From: Octopus vulgaris
Lineage: Eukaryota
Assembly: GCA_951406725.2 (NCBI GenBank)
Contig: OX597831.1
Location: 63,116,001-63,180,000 of the forward strand
Length of the DNA stretch: 64,000 bases
Direction of reading: 5' to 3'
Under the pieces are notes generated by a model. That model did no database searches and was not told the DNA's origin. It worked only from the letters and a program-made list of their open reading frames with translations. Within the stretch, counting starts at the first letter, position 1; every line of letters starts with the position of its first letter. Positions 28,236 to 43,846 of the stretch are shown one piece after another. The translations under genes were made by a program, and so were the position numbers.

Positions 28236-28421
28236 GCCATGTTAGATCGTTAGCCACTACACACATTTTTTCTCTCCTTGTTTTTTTCTCTGTCCCTTTC
28301 TGCAGAAGAGCGTAGGCTCGAAGCGTAAAATACTTTTTCTATTCCTGAGCGTTATACTAATACATCTGTTTGTTTTGTACACCACCTGTCTTCGTCTTTT
28401 GTTTTCTTCGTAAACTCTCCC
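28234..28421 (+). mobile_element. Microsatellite-flanked repeat with variant hammerhead-like motif
   Basis: cttt CTGCAGA a GAGC gtag GCTC GAAG CG TA aaa; homologous to 8235-8418. Confidence 0.55.
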
Positions 28422-28427
28422 TATATA

Positions 28428-28498
<71 letters not shown>

Positions 28499-29439
28499 AA
28501 ACAAACATTTGCATTTTATAAATGCCGAAATGTATTCTTGTAAGATACAAATAACAATATATTTTCGAACGCAGAGACGCCGTTAGAACAGCAGAAATAT
28601 TGGGTAAATTACCCTTTCAAAGTCGAAAAATTTGTCAACAAACAGTGATGGAACTCGAACCCACATCCTTTGAAGACTCTGGCCAAGTGCTTTATAATTA
28701 AGCTAAACTGCCCGATGATAAATAACAAATTTGTATCAGTAGGCAGTTTAGAAGGATTATAGAACAATTTGGGAATGAAATTAACGATATCCTTAAATTT
28801 AAATAAAATTATTTTAATTACAAAATTAGCAAATTGAAAAATAGATTTATACCTCATTACTGACAATAATAATAGGAATTGTAAAAATAGTAATACTAGG
28901 GAGAGGCAGATAATAACAATTAAAAACACACTTAAGGTAACCTGATACTAAGCATTAATATTACAATTCACCATTTAAGGATGGTCTACGTCTTCAGAAT
29001 ACTAAAATTCCTTCGGTAGCTATTCAATTTGTACTTAATCAGCAGAGTTCACAAGGTCAGGATCTAGGCTATTTTTGGAACAATGGCAACATTACGTGTA
29101 TTTCGGCTGGATTTGTATTTAATTTAGATTCTCTCTGAACAATGTAGTTGACTCCACCTTGAAAAAAAAACGGCAACAAACTGTAAGTGTACATAAAGAT
29201 GCACATTTTTCAGTGTGCATTACTTGCTGCAGAACCATGTGTATGTGCAGAAAGGGAAAGAAGTAATTAACTGCAGATAAAAACAAGATATAAATCTCTT
29301 TTCTCATTATTTTCTCTACCGAAAACACTGTCTCCATGGAGACATATGGATTTACCGATGTGAAGATACACTGATAATATACGGTAAAAGCGACCTCGGT
29401 ACCCACTTGGATTATAAATAAATATATATATATATAGTA

Positions 29440-29939
29440 TTTTATGTAGAAAAATACAAACTGGGACAAGAACGTAAAACATTTAGAAGACGATACAAAA
29501 AACGGACGGGACATTCGAAGCCTTCAATCTTCAGTCAAGAACCGGATCATCGTAGCAATTTCGGCTGATTAATCTTGAGATCGCTCCGATCCGGCCAGCC
29601 CCAAGGAAAAATTAATCTACGAGCATTAGATTTCTTGGAAGGAGGATCGAATGTATACGAAACAGGGACAGAAAAACGGACGATGCCACACGAATATAAA
29701 ATACAAAAAACAATAATGGTAAAAAATAGGACAAAAACAGCGGGTGTCTTACGACTAATAAACAGTACAAGTTTAGCTGGCATATTTTGAAAAAATGCCT
29801 TTATCAGCAGACGAAGACAACAGATGCTCTCACGGCGGTGGTCGAAGGCCAAAAGGCTGATTTTGACCAGCGGTCACGTGACAGAAGAAAGAGAAAAGAA
29901 AGGGGGCAAAGGAAAAAGAGAGAGAGAGAAAGAGGGACG

Positions 29940-29942
<3 letters not shown>
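29440..29942 (-). mobile_element. (TA)n-flanked PLE-pLTR-like cassette with degenerate hammerhead-like pieces
   Basis: Minus strand: CTGATAA a GGCAT...ATGCC (~29777-29807) and CTGAAGA...CGAATGTC (~29510-29535). Confidence 0.4.
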
Positions 29943-30020
<78 letters not shown>

Positions 30021-30032
30021 CATATATATATA

Positions 30033-30082
<50 letters not shown>

Positions 30083-30442
30083 ATTTACGAAGGTGTCATA
30101 ATTTTGGTTGAATTATTTTTCTCGTAAGTTGTATCGAGATTATTTTACACTGGTAGTTGCTGGGATTTCGGCGCGAAACGAATCAGTTGCAGCACAGACT
30201 TCAAAGCGACGGGTTGGGAGTCTCTAATCATGGTAACGCGTGCTGAAGAAGCTAAGGCGTATTTTGCCAGTGCATAAACCGGTTCACGTGAGTCCAGATA
30301 CTTAGATGTATGTTAGAAGATTGTCATAACCTGATTTTGCCTTCGTTTGATTTCTGTAGTTTTCATCAGTGTATTTTTGGTTATTTAATAAGAGTTTAGA
30401 CTGTTATTTCAAGCAGGTTGACATACTTAGTATGTCCTTTGA

Positions 30443-30482
<40 letters not shown>

Positions 30483-31609
30483 GGTTGTGCGTGTATGAAT
30501 GTGGGCGTGATTCAATATTTACGTATATTATTTTATCATTTGTTAATGTATATGTAATTATTGGGGCGAAATCTGTACTGAGTAATCGGTGCTTTTGACC
30601 GAAGTTCCTTGCGATATCCGTTGATCTTTGAAGCACGAAAACCCTTTGCTGTTCCTTACTTCATAACCTGGGTATGTTGCATCCATGTAGATAGAGCCAT
30701 CGTATAAAAAACGTGACTTAAAATTAAATAAATACAAAATATTTTAAAAGCTAAAAACGCAATTGAGTTAAAATTCTTCATGTCTACAGAGTAGCTGCAT
30801 GTGTTCGGTTTGCCTCTGATGGAATTCGGTATTACAATAGATGCGGAAGAAGGTAACAGCAAACAACACGAAGCTAGAATTTTATTGAAAGACGTAGAAC
30901 ACGAAAACTGTATCTGCGGTAAAGTCTCTGTATGTTAAATTTTATGTATACATGGAAAATATATGTCAACAGTATAGATTGGTTATTCTGAAAGCTCCGA
31001 TAACAGTGAATATCTATTAGATGACGAGGTTTTTCTGTTGTTATTTTGGTAGTTAACACAGCTTTCAGCTTTTATGGCGTTGGCAGTATTTGTAGTTTAC
31101 TAACAGAATAATTAGTTTTTGTGACTTCCATAGCAAAGCAACACTTTGAAGTAACATACATGCGCCTACACTCATGCATACTCACTCCCAAACCCTTAGG
31201 CACATTAACGTATATATTTATGTATGCGTGTATATATGTATATGTATATATATATACACGCATGCATATATATACATACACATATATATATATACACATG
31301 CATGCACACGCAATAAGTCGAAGCAGGGGCAGCTGAAGAAGGGGAATGTTCCTTGTGTTGTCTGTCTTGTACTCTGTTTTTCCGTTGTTTAAAAAAGTCC
31401 GTTTCCATGTTTTGTTTTTATGTTTTCGTTTCCCGTTGTGTTCTACGTTGTTTTGTGGTGTCCTGTACCCATATATGCATGTATATATACATATAGATGT
31501 AGGTCTGTACATATATGTATGCATATATTTAATTTATTAAATTGTTATTATATATATATATATACAAAAAGGTGAGCTAAAGTGAACGTACGCCGCTATA
31601 TGCATATAT

Positions 31610-31915
31610 AAATATAAAAATGGAACAAAAACGGAAAAAAGGACAATAAAACATCCGGATAGATAGAAGATACAATGGCAGTGAGGAAGAACAACAATTA
31701 GAGGGACAGGAATAAAAGCACAGTCAAGTTACCAGATATCTTTACAGTTTCGGCCAAACTGTAAGGACATCTGGTAACTTGACTGACGAAAGAAGGTCAC
31801 GTACTTATATTTTTCCAGTTCCTCTAATTGTTGTTCTTCCTGTCCGCCTTTATATCGTCGATGTGTCTGGATGTTTTATTGTCCTTTATTGCGTTTTTGT
31901 TCCATTTGTTTTGTA
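31610..31915. repeat. Long palindrome between (TA)n tracts with a near-perfect 30-bp inner hairpin (31721-31785)
   Basis: CAGTCAAGTTACCAGATATCTTTACAGTTT cggcc AAACTGTAAGGACATCTGGTAACTTGACTG; the outer arms also pair. Confidence 0.85.
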
Positions 31916-31932
31916 TTTGTGTATATATATAT

Positions 31933-32482
<550 letters not shown>

Positions 32483-32484
32483 AG

Positions 32485-32521
<37 letters not shown>

Positions 32522-33006
32522 TATATGTATAATATATTGTTTTAGAATATACACATATGTAAATATAATATCATATAAATGTATATATGTATATATAACA
32601 TATATAATATATAGAGATTTACATATATATATATATGCATGTATGTAAGTATGCATATATACACTTAATATATATATGAATACACAAATATATATAGTGC
32701 ATATGTATATGTGTATGTATGTATGTATATGTATATATATTTGTATATATATGTGTGTGTGTGTACATGTATATATACAGGGATATTTATACACATATAC
32801 ATTAATACACAAACATATATATTGCATATGTATACTTATGTGCGTTCGTGTGCATATGTCTGTTTGTGTGGGTTTGTGTATAGGTGTGAGTTTGTGTGTG
32901 TTTGTGCCTGTGTGTTTTTGCGTGTCGGAGAGCTTAATATGTGATAATAGGTCTGTTTGATTCTCTGAATCCCTATGTTTAATATACATTTATATATATA
33001 TATATA

Positions 33007-33406
33007 GGCGCTGGAGTGGCTGTCTGGTAAGTAGCTTGCTAACCAGCCACATGGTTCTGGGTTAAGTCCCACTGCGTGGCATCTTGGGCAAATGTCTTCT
33101 GCTATAGCCTCGAGCCGACCAAAGCCTTGTGAGTGGATTTGGTAGACGGAAACTGAAAGAAGCCTGTCGTATATATGTATATATATATGTATGTGTATGT
33201 ATATGTTTGTGTGTCCGTGTTTGTCCCTCTAGCATTGTTTGACAACCGATGCTGGTGTGTTTACGTCCCCGTCACTTAGCGGTTCGGCAAAAGAGACCGA
33301 TAGAATAAGTACTGGGCTTACAAAGAATAAGTCCCGGGATCGATTTGCTCGACTAAAGGCGGTGCTCCAGCATGGCCGCAGTCAAATGACTGGAACAAGT
33401 AAAAGA

Positions 33407-33408
<2 letters not shown>
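33007..33408 (+). mobile_element. SINE family A, full length
   Basis: TGGCTGTCTGG A-box-like, GGTTAAGTCCC B-box-like; many copies in the window. Confidence 0.9.
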
Positions 33409-33445
<37 letters not shown>

Positions 33446-33521
33446 TGGTGATTTTTGCTACCAAGGTATCGGTTAAACTTTTGATTAATCTGCTACAAGA
33501 TTATTCATCTTTCTATTTCAC

Positions 33522-33568
<47 letters not shown>

Positions 33569-33575
33569 ACACACA

Positions 33576-33611
<36 letters not shown>

Positions 33612-34501
33612 TGTATGTATGTATGTATAGGAGACATAGGGGTTCAATGAATCAAACAGACCTCACATCTCATATTAAGCTCTCCGACATATCTATATGG
33701 AGAGAGAGAAAGAAAGTGAGAAGTGAGAGAATATAAACATTTTTACAATACAGAACAAGAACACTCAATCTAAATTAGCTTCATAGAGCGTAAGTTTGAA
33801 TACGAATATCTTAAATTAGATGGATGCCAAAACTGTGATCCCTGATCTATTTTCCTCGGTTCCCGTAAGCCTGATATACCATTAATATGCAATATATTCC
33901 CCTGTCGTTCACGAATTAGCATTGAGGAGAGTACATGGAGTTCTCCAGCTCAGAGTAGGACTGAAAACGTCTGCAATATATCATATGAAATGCTTCAAAC
34001 TCAAAATATGGAGGAGTGAATTCAAAATTGTCGCTTTAATTATAGACAGGACATTCATACATAGCATATAAGTTTTTTTGTCTGTGTATGTCTAAGTTTA
34101 CGTGCATTGTAGTCTTCTGTGTTAGGCTTTATCACAGATTCTGAATTCAGATTATATAAGAAACTTATTAAAACTGCTAGAATGTTTAACAAGTCACCTG
34201 AGAATGCGTAATTTGTACCCCTGATGCAAGACAATTGATTGAACAGCATCTCACCTGTGAGATACAGCTGCAGAATTCGAAACAATTATAGTTCATTCGA
34301 ATAAAGAATCTCGTGAATTCCATTTCTGTCTCTCAGCTATTTATATAAACTACACGGGACACCAAGGAATTCTTGAAGTAAATCTAGCAATATATGCTGC
34401 ACTGATGATGTTTACATCAGGAAGCCAATACTTGTGAACGCACTTTATATAACGTTCTATAATTATAATTTTAATTATATTACGTATGTGTGTGTATGAG
34501 A

Positions 34502-34557
<56 letters not shown>

Positions 34558-35468
34558 GAGAGTGAGTGCTTAATACCATATAACAGAGAGTGTTAGGAAT
34601 GTACTTTTCGAACCTATGACAAAATGAAATATCGTTACTTAGATACAATAATTGTAGTTCATTTTCAAATTTCATGGTTCATAGAAAATAATGAAATGGA
34701 GACTACTGTGCTTATTGAATCTCAGTATAATTTAATAAAACTAACTTTTCGTTTGCATATTTGCAATAAAGATGTCAACATCAAGAGATTAATATTATTT
34801 ATGTTAACATGACAGAGTTAGCGTGACCAAAACAAGTACATCGTTATGTAAAAATTAATGGCCTCTATACTCCGGTACTGGAACTGAAATATACGATTCC
34901 TACTTTTAAAACTTATTACAAGTAATAATTTTATCGTTTGGCAAATTACAGTAACATAAATTTTCTGTTTAGATTTGTCATACATTGTCAAATTTGATAC
35001 GAATGCTAAAAACAATAATCGTTACCTAGAAATTAATTAGGTATATAACATATTAATTAATTAATTCAGTATTCGTTGGTGATATATAAATAAATCGAAA
35101 TAAATTTGAATAAAATAAGATGTACTATATTAGCAATGACTACGTCATGCAGAGTGTGTCTGTCTTCAGATGTAAAGTCTTGAACTGAAATCTAACGACC
35201 GCGTACAAATTTGCATCGAACTATTAGTAATTTGAGGAAGATACGGAAAATTAATCATAGTAGGAGATGAAAGTAGAAGAAGTGAATTTCTTCATTTAAG
35301 TATGTAGTACATTTAATTTTGTAGTAAATAGTAGGAGAAGGAGTAATTATTGAATAACAATAGTGGACAATGATAAAAAAATAAAGGGCTGTAATGACAA
35401 CAGTTTACTGTGAGGGAAGCGGTTAGCAATTTATATAAGGTAGAATGCCGAAACAAGCAAACTACAAT

Positions 35469-35965
<497 letters not shown>

Positions 35966-36227
35966 AATTGAGGGAGATAAATTAATATTAATTTTAATAT
36001 CAATTTAAAACCAGTAGTCCAGCATTCAAAAAATCTGAGGGGTCAGAGAAAATTCAAATATATGTGTATATTGGCAGGGCTGGCCTGCTAGGTAGCCGGC
36101 CAGAATGCTAGAAGAAGACCATCAACGATCAAACTACAAGGGAAATTCTCTAGAGGAAGAATTGAGCGAACACCAGAACCAACTTTGGCGGGCAGGACAT
36201 ATGAAAAATTAAATAAAAAACAGACTT

Positions 36228-36305
36228 AAATGCATACCTCGGTTTCGGTCTTAACAAAAGAATTACTTGCATAATTCAAGTGTCTGTGACTTCTTCAGTA
36301 CATTC
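36228..36305 (-). ncRNA. Type I hammerhead ribozyme candidate
   Basis: GAATGTA CTGAAGA aGTC...GACc GAAA CCGAGG TA TGCATTT. Confidence 0.7.
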
Positions 36306-36497
36306 GGTCCTCGAGATGCAAACCACAAGACTAACCCCCAGCTCTCTGTGTCAAGACAGACACGTGCTTAGTCTTACTGATTACATCGGGAATAAAATTT
36401 CAAATGTCTTGGCTCTGGCGCGCTAAGAGACTCCTGAAGCGAAGGGCTGCAGTGAATAATTCACTGCGGGTAGTGCTTACAACTAGGGAACGTATTT

Positions 36498-36913
36498 GTG
36501 CCCTGGTGTAATGTTGAAGAGAGCAGGTCCAATTGAGGTGAAATAGTTGTGCCGTATTGTCGTTATGTGATGCGATTTAGATTTTTGTTGTGGACGGATG
36601 GCACGTGGTCCAAGCCTTGGATGCATTTTGAAGGTGATGCCAACATCATTCGGACAGTGCTGGTGGAATATTTTCCACATCATACAGATAATGTAGCGTT
36701 CACGGCGTCGTTGGAGTGAATACAATTTCAGCTTCTCTAGTCTACCCCAGTCGTCAAGGTCTGACATGCCATCTATCTTTTTTGTGATTGACCTTTGGGG
36801 AGCTTCAATTCTCATAATATTTTGTTTTGTGTAGGGAGACTACAGTGGACAGCAGTATTCAAGGTGGGGTCGGGCAAAAGTGGAGAAGAGAAGGATAATA
36901 GCGTGGGAATCTC

Positions 36914-36917
<4 letters not shown>
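36498..36917 (-). mobile_element. Internal fragment of the CR1-like LINE
   Basis: Near-identical to ~43991-44410. Confidence 0.92.
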
Positions 36918-36969
<52 letters not shown>

Positions 36970-37185
36970 CACGAGCGGTATATGAAAAGTCTTGAGTCTC
37001 AAGAAAAGCAAAACATGGTACAAGACTTCTGATGATTTATTTTTCAACATATTCACCCTCGATGGCTAAACACTTTCTCCAGCGGTGCTGAAGCGCCATT
37101 ATCCCGGCGAAGAGGAACTCTTTTGTTTGAGACTCCAAGAAACTTCCTACAGCGTCTACGACGTCATCGTCACTGGCAAAATTGC
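36970..37185 (-). mobile_element. mariner transposase 3' end plus TIR
   Basis: FASDDDVVDAV..FLESQTKEF..AGIMAL.HRWRKCLAIEGEYVEK; ACGAGCGG..TGAAAAGT TIR-like end. Confidence 0.8.
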
Positions 37186-37563
37186 CGCAGTCAAATGACT
37201 GAAACAAGTAAATGAGTAAAAGAGAGAGTACAAATATTGATGGTCGCAGTGGTGTTTGCTGCATCATCATTATTTCATACAACTACTTGTCTGCTTTTCA
37301 CATTACGCCGAGAATAGGTAAACTATGGATTGTTATCAAGTTTGCCCAAAACGCATTCAGTACTTCGTACGTATACGAATTTTATTGTTGTGTAGCAGTT
37401 TTTTTTTATGTATTCAGTTATAAATAAAGTGGTAGTAATTGTAATTTTGCATGAGGCACTTTCTGCCTGAGAAGAGATCATTTATCTCTGTAATACTTTC
37501 TTCTCCAAAAACAGAATTAGATTCTCTTTAAAAATTCGTTTCACCATCTTGCTGATATCCGAA

Positions 37564-37599
<36 letters not shown>

Positions 37600-38039
37600 G
37601 AGGAAGAGTTTTGTATTTTAAGCATCTGCCCGTTTCCCATCATTCTTTCAGGTATTGTGCGTGTTCATCACATTCAAAGGAGCCTTAAAATGTTAACTGA
37701 TGTCGCTATAGTAGTGCATTCCTGTCTGATATAGGGGAAAATTGTTTGGAAACACGAGGGCTTGTTGCCGAGATTAAACCGAATTTATCTATAACAGCTG
37801 TCGCTTCACTTTATTTAAGCCGCTAGAATCAATTTGCTGTTACTTCACCATGAAAATTTACAGAGTTACAGAAGCTTGATAGCGTTCACAAATAACATCT
37901 ATATCAGTAGTGTGTGCATTAAATCAGCCTATTCAAACAATATTCAATATGTTTTAATACACAAAAGAATATTGCATTGCTAAAGTTACTCAAATACTTG
38001 GATTTCGACTTATACTTCTAAAGCTCAACTATTAGTTAC

Positions 38040-38160
38040 TTCTCCCTAACCCTAACACAGATTGAAATGCAATAGATCGATACTAGGGTCATAATTATGG
38101 GTGACAATTTCATATAACACCGGTAGAAAAAAAACTGCCGGTCAAATCCAAAAGATTCCA
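38040..38160 (+). mobile_element. Terminus related to the 13025-13759 foldback element
   Basis: CCCTAACCCTAAC motif and CTGCCGGTCAAA..AAAAGATTCC end. Confidence 0.45.
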
Positions 38161-39403
38161 GCTTTCTCTTTCAAACTTTAGATGGTTGATATGTTGAAAT
38201 GCGTTTAAATGTTGTTGTCAATATGATCGGTGTATCCCTGTCCGCACAAATTATAGCGTTTCGCATACGTCAATAATCAATCTTATTTTAAAGTGTTATC
38301 AATGAAGCAGACGTGAAAGGTATATCGGCTCTATCATATTTGATCCAACTGGTGAAAATTCCTCTATGCCAGTGTGCTTCTCAATTAATTGTACGCTTTT
38401 AATGTGGGGGGAAAAAACAGCAAGAAAAATTAGACAGCAAAGAGACAATATATTGGGAAACAGATAATTAAACATAGAGAAAAGCAAACAGAGATAAACA
38501 AATAGACTGGTAGATAAATAAATAGACAGATTGATAGATGTATAAACATAAATACTAATAGAAAAACAAATATAGAGGAAAGCAAAGTGATATAAAAGGA
38601 GACAAAGTTTCATGGGAAACAGGTAGGTTGGGAGAGAGAGACGGGGGTGGGAGTGACGGAAAGAGAGAAAGGGAGAGAACGAGACGTGAAGGAGAAACCC
38701 ATCATGGATGCAGTCATACTTAGAGAGAAATATTGCCATAGAAATATACTGTGACAGTGGTAGACACACACAGAGACACACACACGCACGCACACACAAG
38801 CACACGCACGTACACAGGCACGTACGTATACACACTCGCACGCATATACACACTCTTTCAAACACAGCACATAGACGCGTACACACACGCACGCACGCAT
38901 ACAAACACATACACACACGTATACAAACATACACACATACACACACACACACACAGAGTTACCAGTTTATCAGTCACAGATAAAGTTATTTATTGTGATA
39001 GTAAAAGAAAAAACGAAACTGGTGGAGATTTCCAGATCGTTATTCAAGAAATAATCTTTCACATAAATGAAATTTTATGCTAAACAAACTTTTATCACTG
39101 CAAGTGAAACCTCACAGAGTTTAATACAGTTATTCCGAGTGATTTATTTATGATTATTTGATTAATCCTTTCGCCCTTTTAACCTTATGTTCGGAAACCA
39201 CAATTTACGAGAAGACCGTTTCTTTCGACCAAACACAATGGTGTTTTGTTCTAATTTATTCAGTCAACAAGAAATCGTATAAGACACACATGACTTCACA
39301 AAATTTCAGGGTTTGATTTGTATAACACTTGTGTGTGTATGCCATGTCAAGTACGCCCCCGTTGCCTGATTTACTTAGTCACAAAAGAACACTGTACCCA
39401 CAG

Positions 39404-39690
39404 TGGAGGCGCAATGGCCCAATGGTTAGGGCAGCGGACTTGCAGTCGGAGAATCGCGGTTTCGATTCCCAGACCGGGTGTTGTGTGTGTGTTTATTGAG
39501 CAAAATAATTTTTATTGAGTAAAAACACCTAAAGCTCCAGGAGGCTCCGGCAGGGGGGGGGCGTCCCCTGTTGTACTCTTTCACCCCAACTTTCTCTCAC
39601 TCTTTCTTCCTGTTTCTTGTCCCCGACTTCCTACGCAACCGCTGAGCCTGGATGCACATTCATCCATCCGTCGATGACCTGCTTTCTCTC
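39404..39690 (+). mobile_element. tRNA-derived SINE family C
   Basis: A box TGGCCCAATGG, B box GTTTCGATTCC; homologous to 48941-49220. Confidence 0.85.
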
Positions 39691-40149
39691 CTGTTGGTCT
39701 TACGAATAGCAAAGGACCACGTTTCGGACTTTTCCCATCTTGCGAGCTCTGGGACGAAGACCGTTCGCTCAACATCAAGGGTAGTTGATACTAGTGCTGG
39801 AAGTTAATGAAAGACACGGCATTTGTAACTTTATAATAGCAAATCTTTCTATCGTGCAATACTTCGTTAGACAGCAACATATCACTTTCCCCGTGATACT
39901 TCATAATACCATTTCCTCATATCTACTTTGTCGGATATTCATCTCCAATCTGATATTCCCCAAATAGTGCGTTATATGAGGTTAATACATCGTATAATCC
40001 CCCTAAATCCGGTGGATCGACGATGGTCAAATTCCTTGAGTTATTTTGTTTCTTTCCTTTGCGTCCCACGTTCAAACTTCTCGGAGCTTCATTTTGTCAT
40101 TCATCTTTCCGGAATTACTAAAGTACATTACTTTTATAAAACTTGGGCT

Positions 40150-40292
40150 ATGTGATACGAAGTTGGCTTTCCATTCACATGATCCTGGGTTCAGTCCCAC
40201 TGCGCAGCACATTGGGCAAGCGTCTTCAATCATAGCCTCAGGCCGACCATAACATTGTGAATAGAACTGGGAGACGGAAAGTGAAAGAAACC
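40150..40292 (+). mobile_element. SINE family A 5' half
   Basis: GGGTTCAGTCCCACTGCG..TTGGGCAAG. Confidence 0.75.
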
Positions 40293-40294
40293 CA

Positions 40295-40440
<146 letters not shown>

Positions 40441-40603
40441 GTCAGAATGCGATAAAATAAAATTAATTATTATCGCTGGTGTTTCTAGCACAGGCCATAT
40501 ATTATTCATATATAAGTACATTAAAGGCGAAGTATGTACTAGATACACAGAAGCTTGATAAATTTAGTGAAATGAAGATAAAAACTTTTACTAACTCGGT
40601 TCT

Positions 40604-40676
40604 TCTTAGACTGCAGTTTCGCCTATTTCAGCAATAACAATAATATTTATTTACTCAGGTAGGCTCTTCAGTAAGA
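40604..40676 (-). ncRNA. Canonical type I minimal hammerhead ribozyme
   Basis: TCTTA CTGAAGA GCCTA...TAGGC GAAA CTGCAG TC TAAGA: full core, stems I and II, palindromic stem III, GUC site. Confidence 0.82.
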
Positions 40677-40828
40677 TTCCTGTTAGTTTGTGATCGCACC
40701 TCGATAGACACATGTGCGCTTACTGATTTGCTCTTTCTAACTAATCAGATCACTGCGCAGACGCAGAACGTACCCGACAAACTAGGGATTTCTGGTATAT
40801 AGTCTAACGCTCAAAATTTATCATATTT

Positions 40829-40917
<89 letters not shown>

Positions 40918-41241
40918 CACATACACGTGTACTTATAAATGTATATATATAGTCTCGGGCCGACCATATTTACTAAACAATGCTTGAAACTATACATAGT
41001 CCAGGAAATATAGGGTAAATGTTTTTATTTTTCATCCTCTTTCGAAATTACCCCTAATAGTGGTTTGTGGTTTCTAGCGAGTCAGATGTCCTGTTATGGC
41101 CATCTCTTATGTGTTTAAATGTACACTGTATTTTTATATGAATAATATATATCGTCTATTGACTAGTTTTTTCTTCTCTCTAGATCACTGATAGCAAAGA
41201 ATTTTTCTAAATTATTTTGCTACCCGAAGATATATATATGC

Positions 41242-41324
<83 letters not shown>

Positions 41325-41489
41325 TGCGTGTTATAATAATTATATACATAATTATAACAAGGAACTGGCTAAAATCCTCTCCACGTTAGAAGCCAAAATA
41401 CGCTAATACCACCTTAAAAACTTCGAAATATAAAACACGGGCTGTAGTCGAGCAAAAGAAAGACAATGAATAAAACTTTTGGTTAAACG

Positions 41490-41556
41490 TGTGCAAGATC
41501 CCGTTTCAAGCTTAAGGTGAAAAAAATTACTCCTACTGCTATCTTCAGCGACGTGC
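41490..41556 (-). ncRNA. Degenerate hammerhead-like motif
   Basis: CTGAAGA tAGC...GCTt GAAA cggga TC; stems I and III are poor. Confidence 0.3.
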
Positions 41557-42378
41557 TCCGTAGCATAAATTCACGAGTATCTACACATGCGTATACGAGC
41601 AGCGACTTCGTACAGCAATATATATATATATATATACACACTCGTAAAAATATACAGTAAAATAGAATTCCTATCTCTCTTTTCAGCCACGTGAAATATA
41701 TCAAAATAACTCCGCAGTGAATGCAGCTCTGATCAAAGAGTAAATTTTTCACGAATATGTCTGCATAAATGTATATGTACCTTTGTATGCATATGTTGTT
41801 ATGTCATTAATTGATAAACACATACGCGCACACACTCACACACATACACACAACATAACACAGACACACTCACACACATATAGTAAGAGAGAGACATACA
41901 CACAGAGGGAGAGGCGCTATTATTCTTTATAAGGTAATTTACCTCGTTTATAGTTAGGCTTAGAAAAAGTTAATTTTACCATTTTGCTTTTAGAATTGCT
42001 ATTTATGTACGCAACACACATACATATGTTTTATCTATTAAAACTAGCTGTTTGTCGGACATAATTACATAAATTTGTGCAGATATTGATTATGAGAGTG
42101 TGTAGGATGTGGTGATAGTTCGAAACGAAGCATAGTTGAATCTTGAATGTTCCCGTAGACGCCATATGGATGTTGCCACATTTGTGTAACATCCGACATT
42201 TTCTATTGCTAGTACTCTAATACGGAGCTACTCTATTCTCTGTCTCAGTAATGTATTCTTAATCATAATCACATATTCATAACCAGTTAGTCTAAAGCTA
42301 TCTTCCTCAATTTGGAGTATCTATCTATCAAGCTAGCTAGCTGTCTGTCTGTCTATGTATATATAATATTTATGGATG

Positions 42379-42427
<49 letters not shown>

Positions 42428-42811
42428 GTATATATGTATGTATGTATATATATATATGACCTTTTATGTCCTTAACATCGGCTTGTTACCAAAGACCGTA
42501 TATATATATTGTAGCAATTTGTAACAACCAATAATTAACCCAACCGAACTTTTACATGTTACTTTTGACAATATTTTTCTAATGAGTGAAGCCGGTAAAG
42601 TAAATAAACATCTTTTAAAATTGCATTTTCAAACCTTCTTTCGTATATATATCTTATATATATATTTAAGTAATACTAAGTAATTAAGGGTTTAGCAACG
42701 ATTTGCCTCACCACACACCGAATTTAGAAATAGCAGTCAAAGAATTATAGCTATTCTTTCTACTAAAAGGGAGATCTCAGTAAAACCGCAGCACTTGAAA
42801 GGCAAACACAG

Positions 42812-43758
<947 letters not shown>

Positions 43759-43846
43759 CTTACTTAGAATAACTTAGAAAGGTTTTGGCCAGTATTGGCC
43801 CAGGCCATGTCTAACTTAATAGCACCACCTGGTGAAGTCTTTCAGT

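Noticed and set aside
39404-39480. tRNA gene-like sequence (also at 48941)
   Set aside because: Continues into a shared SINE body; no clean acceptor stem
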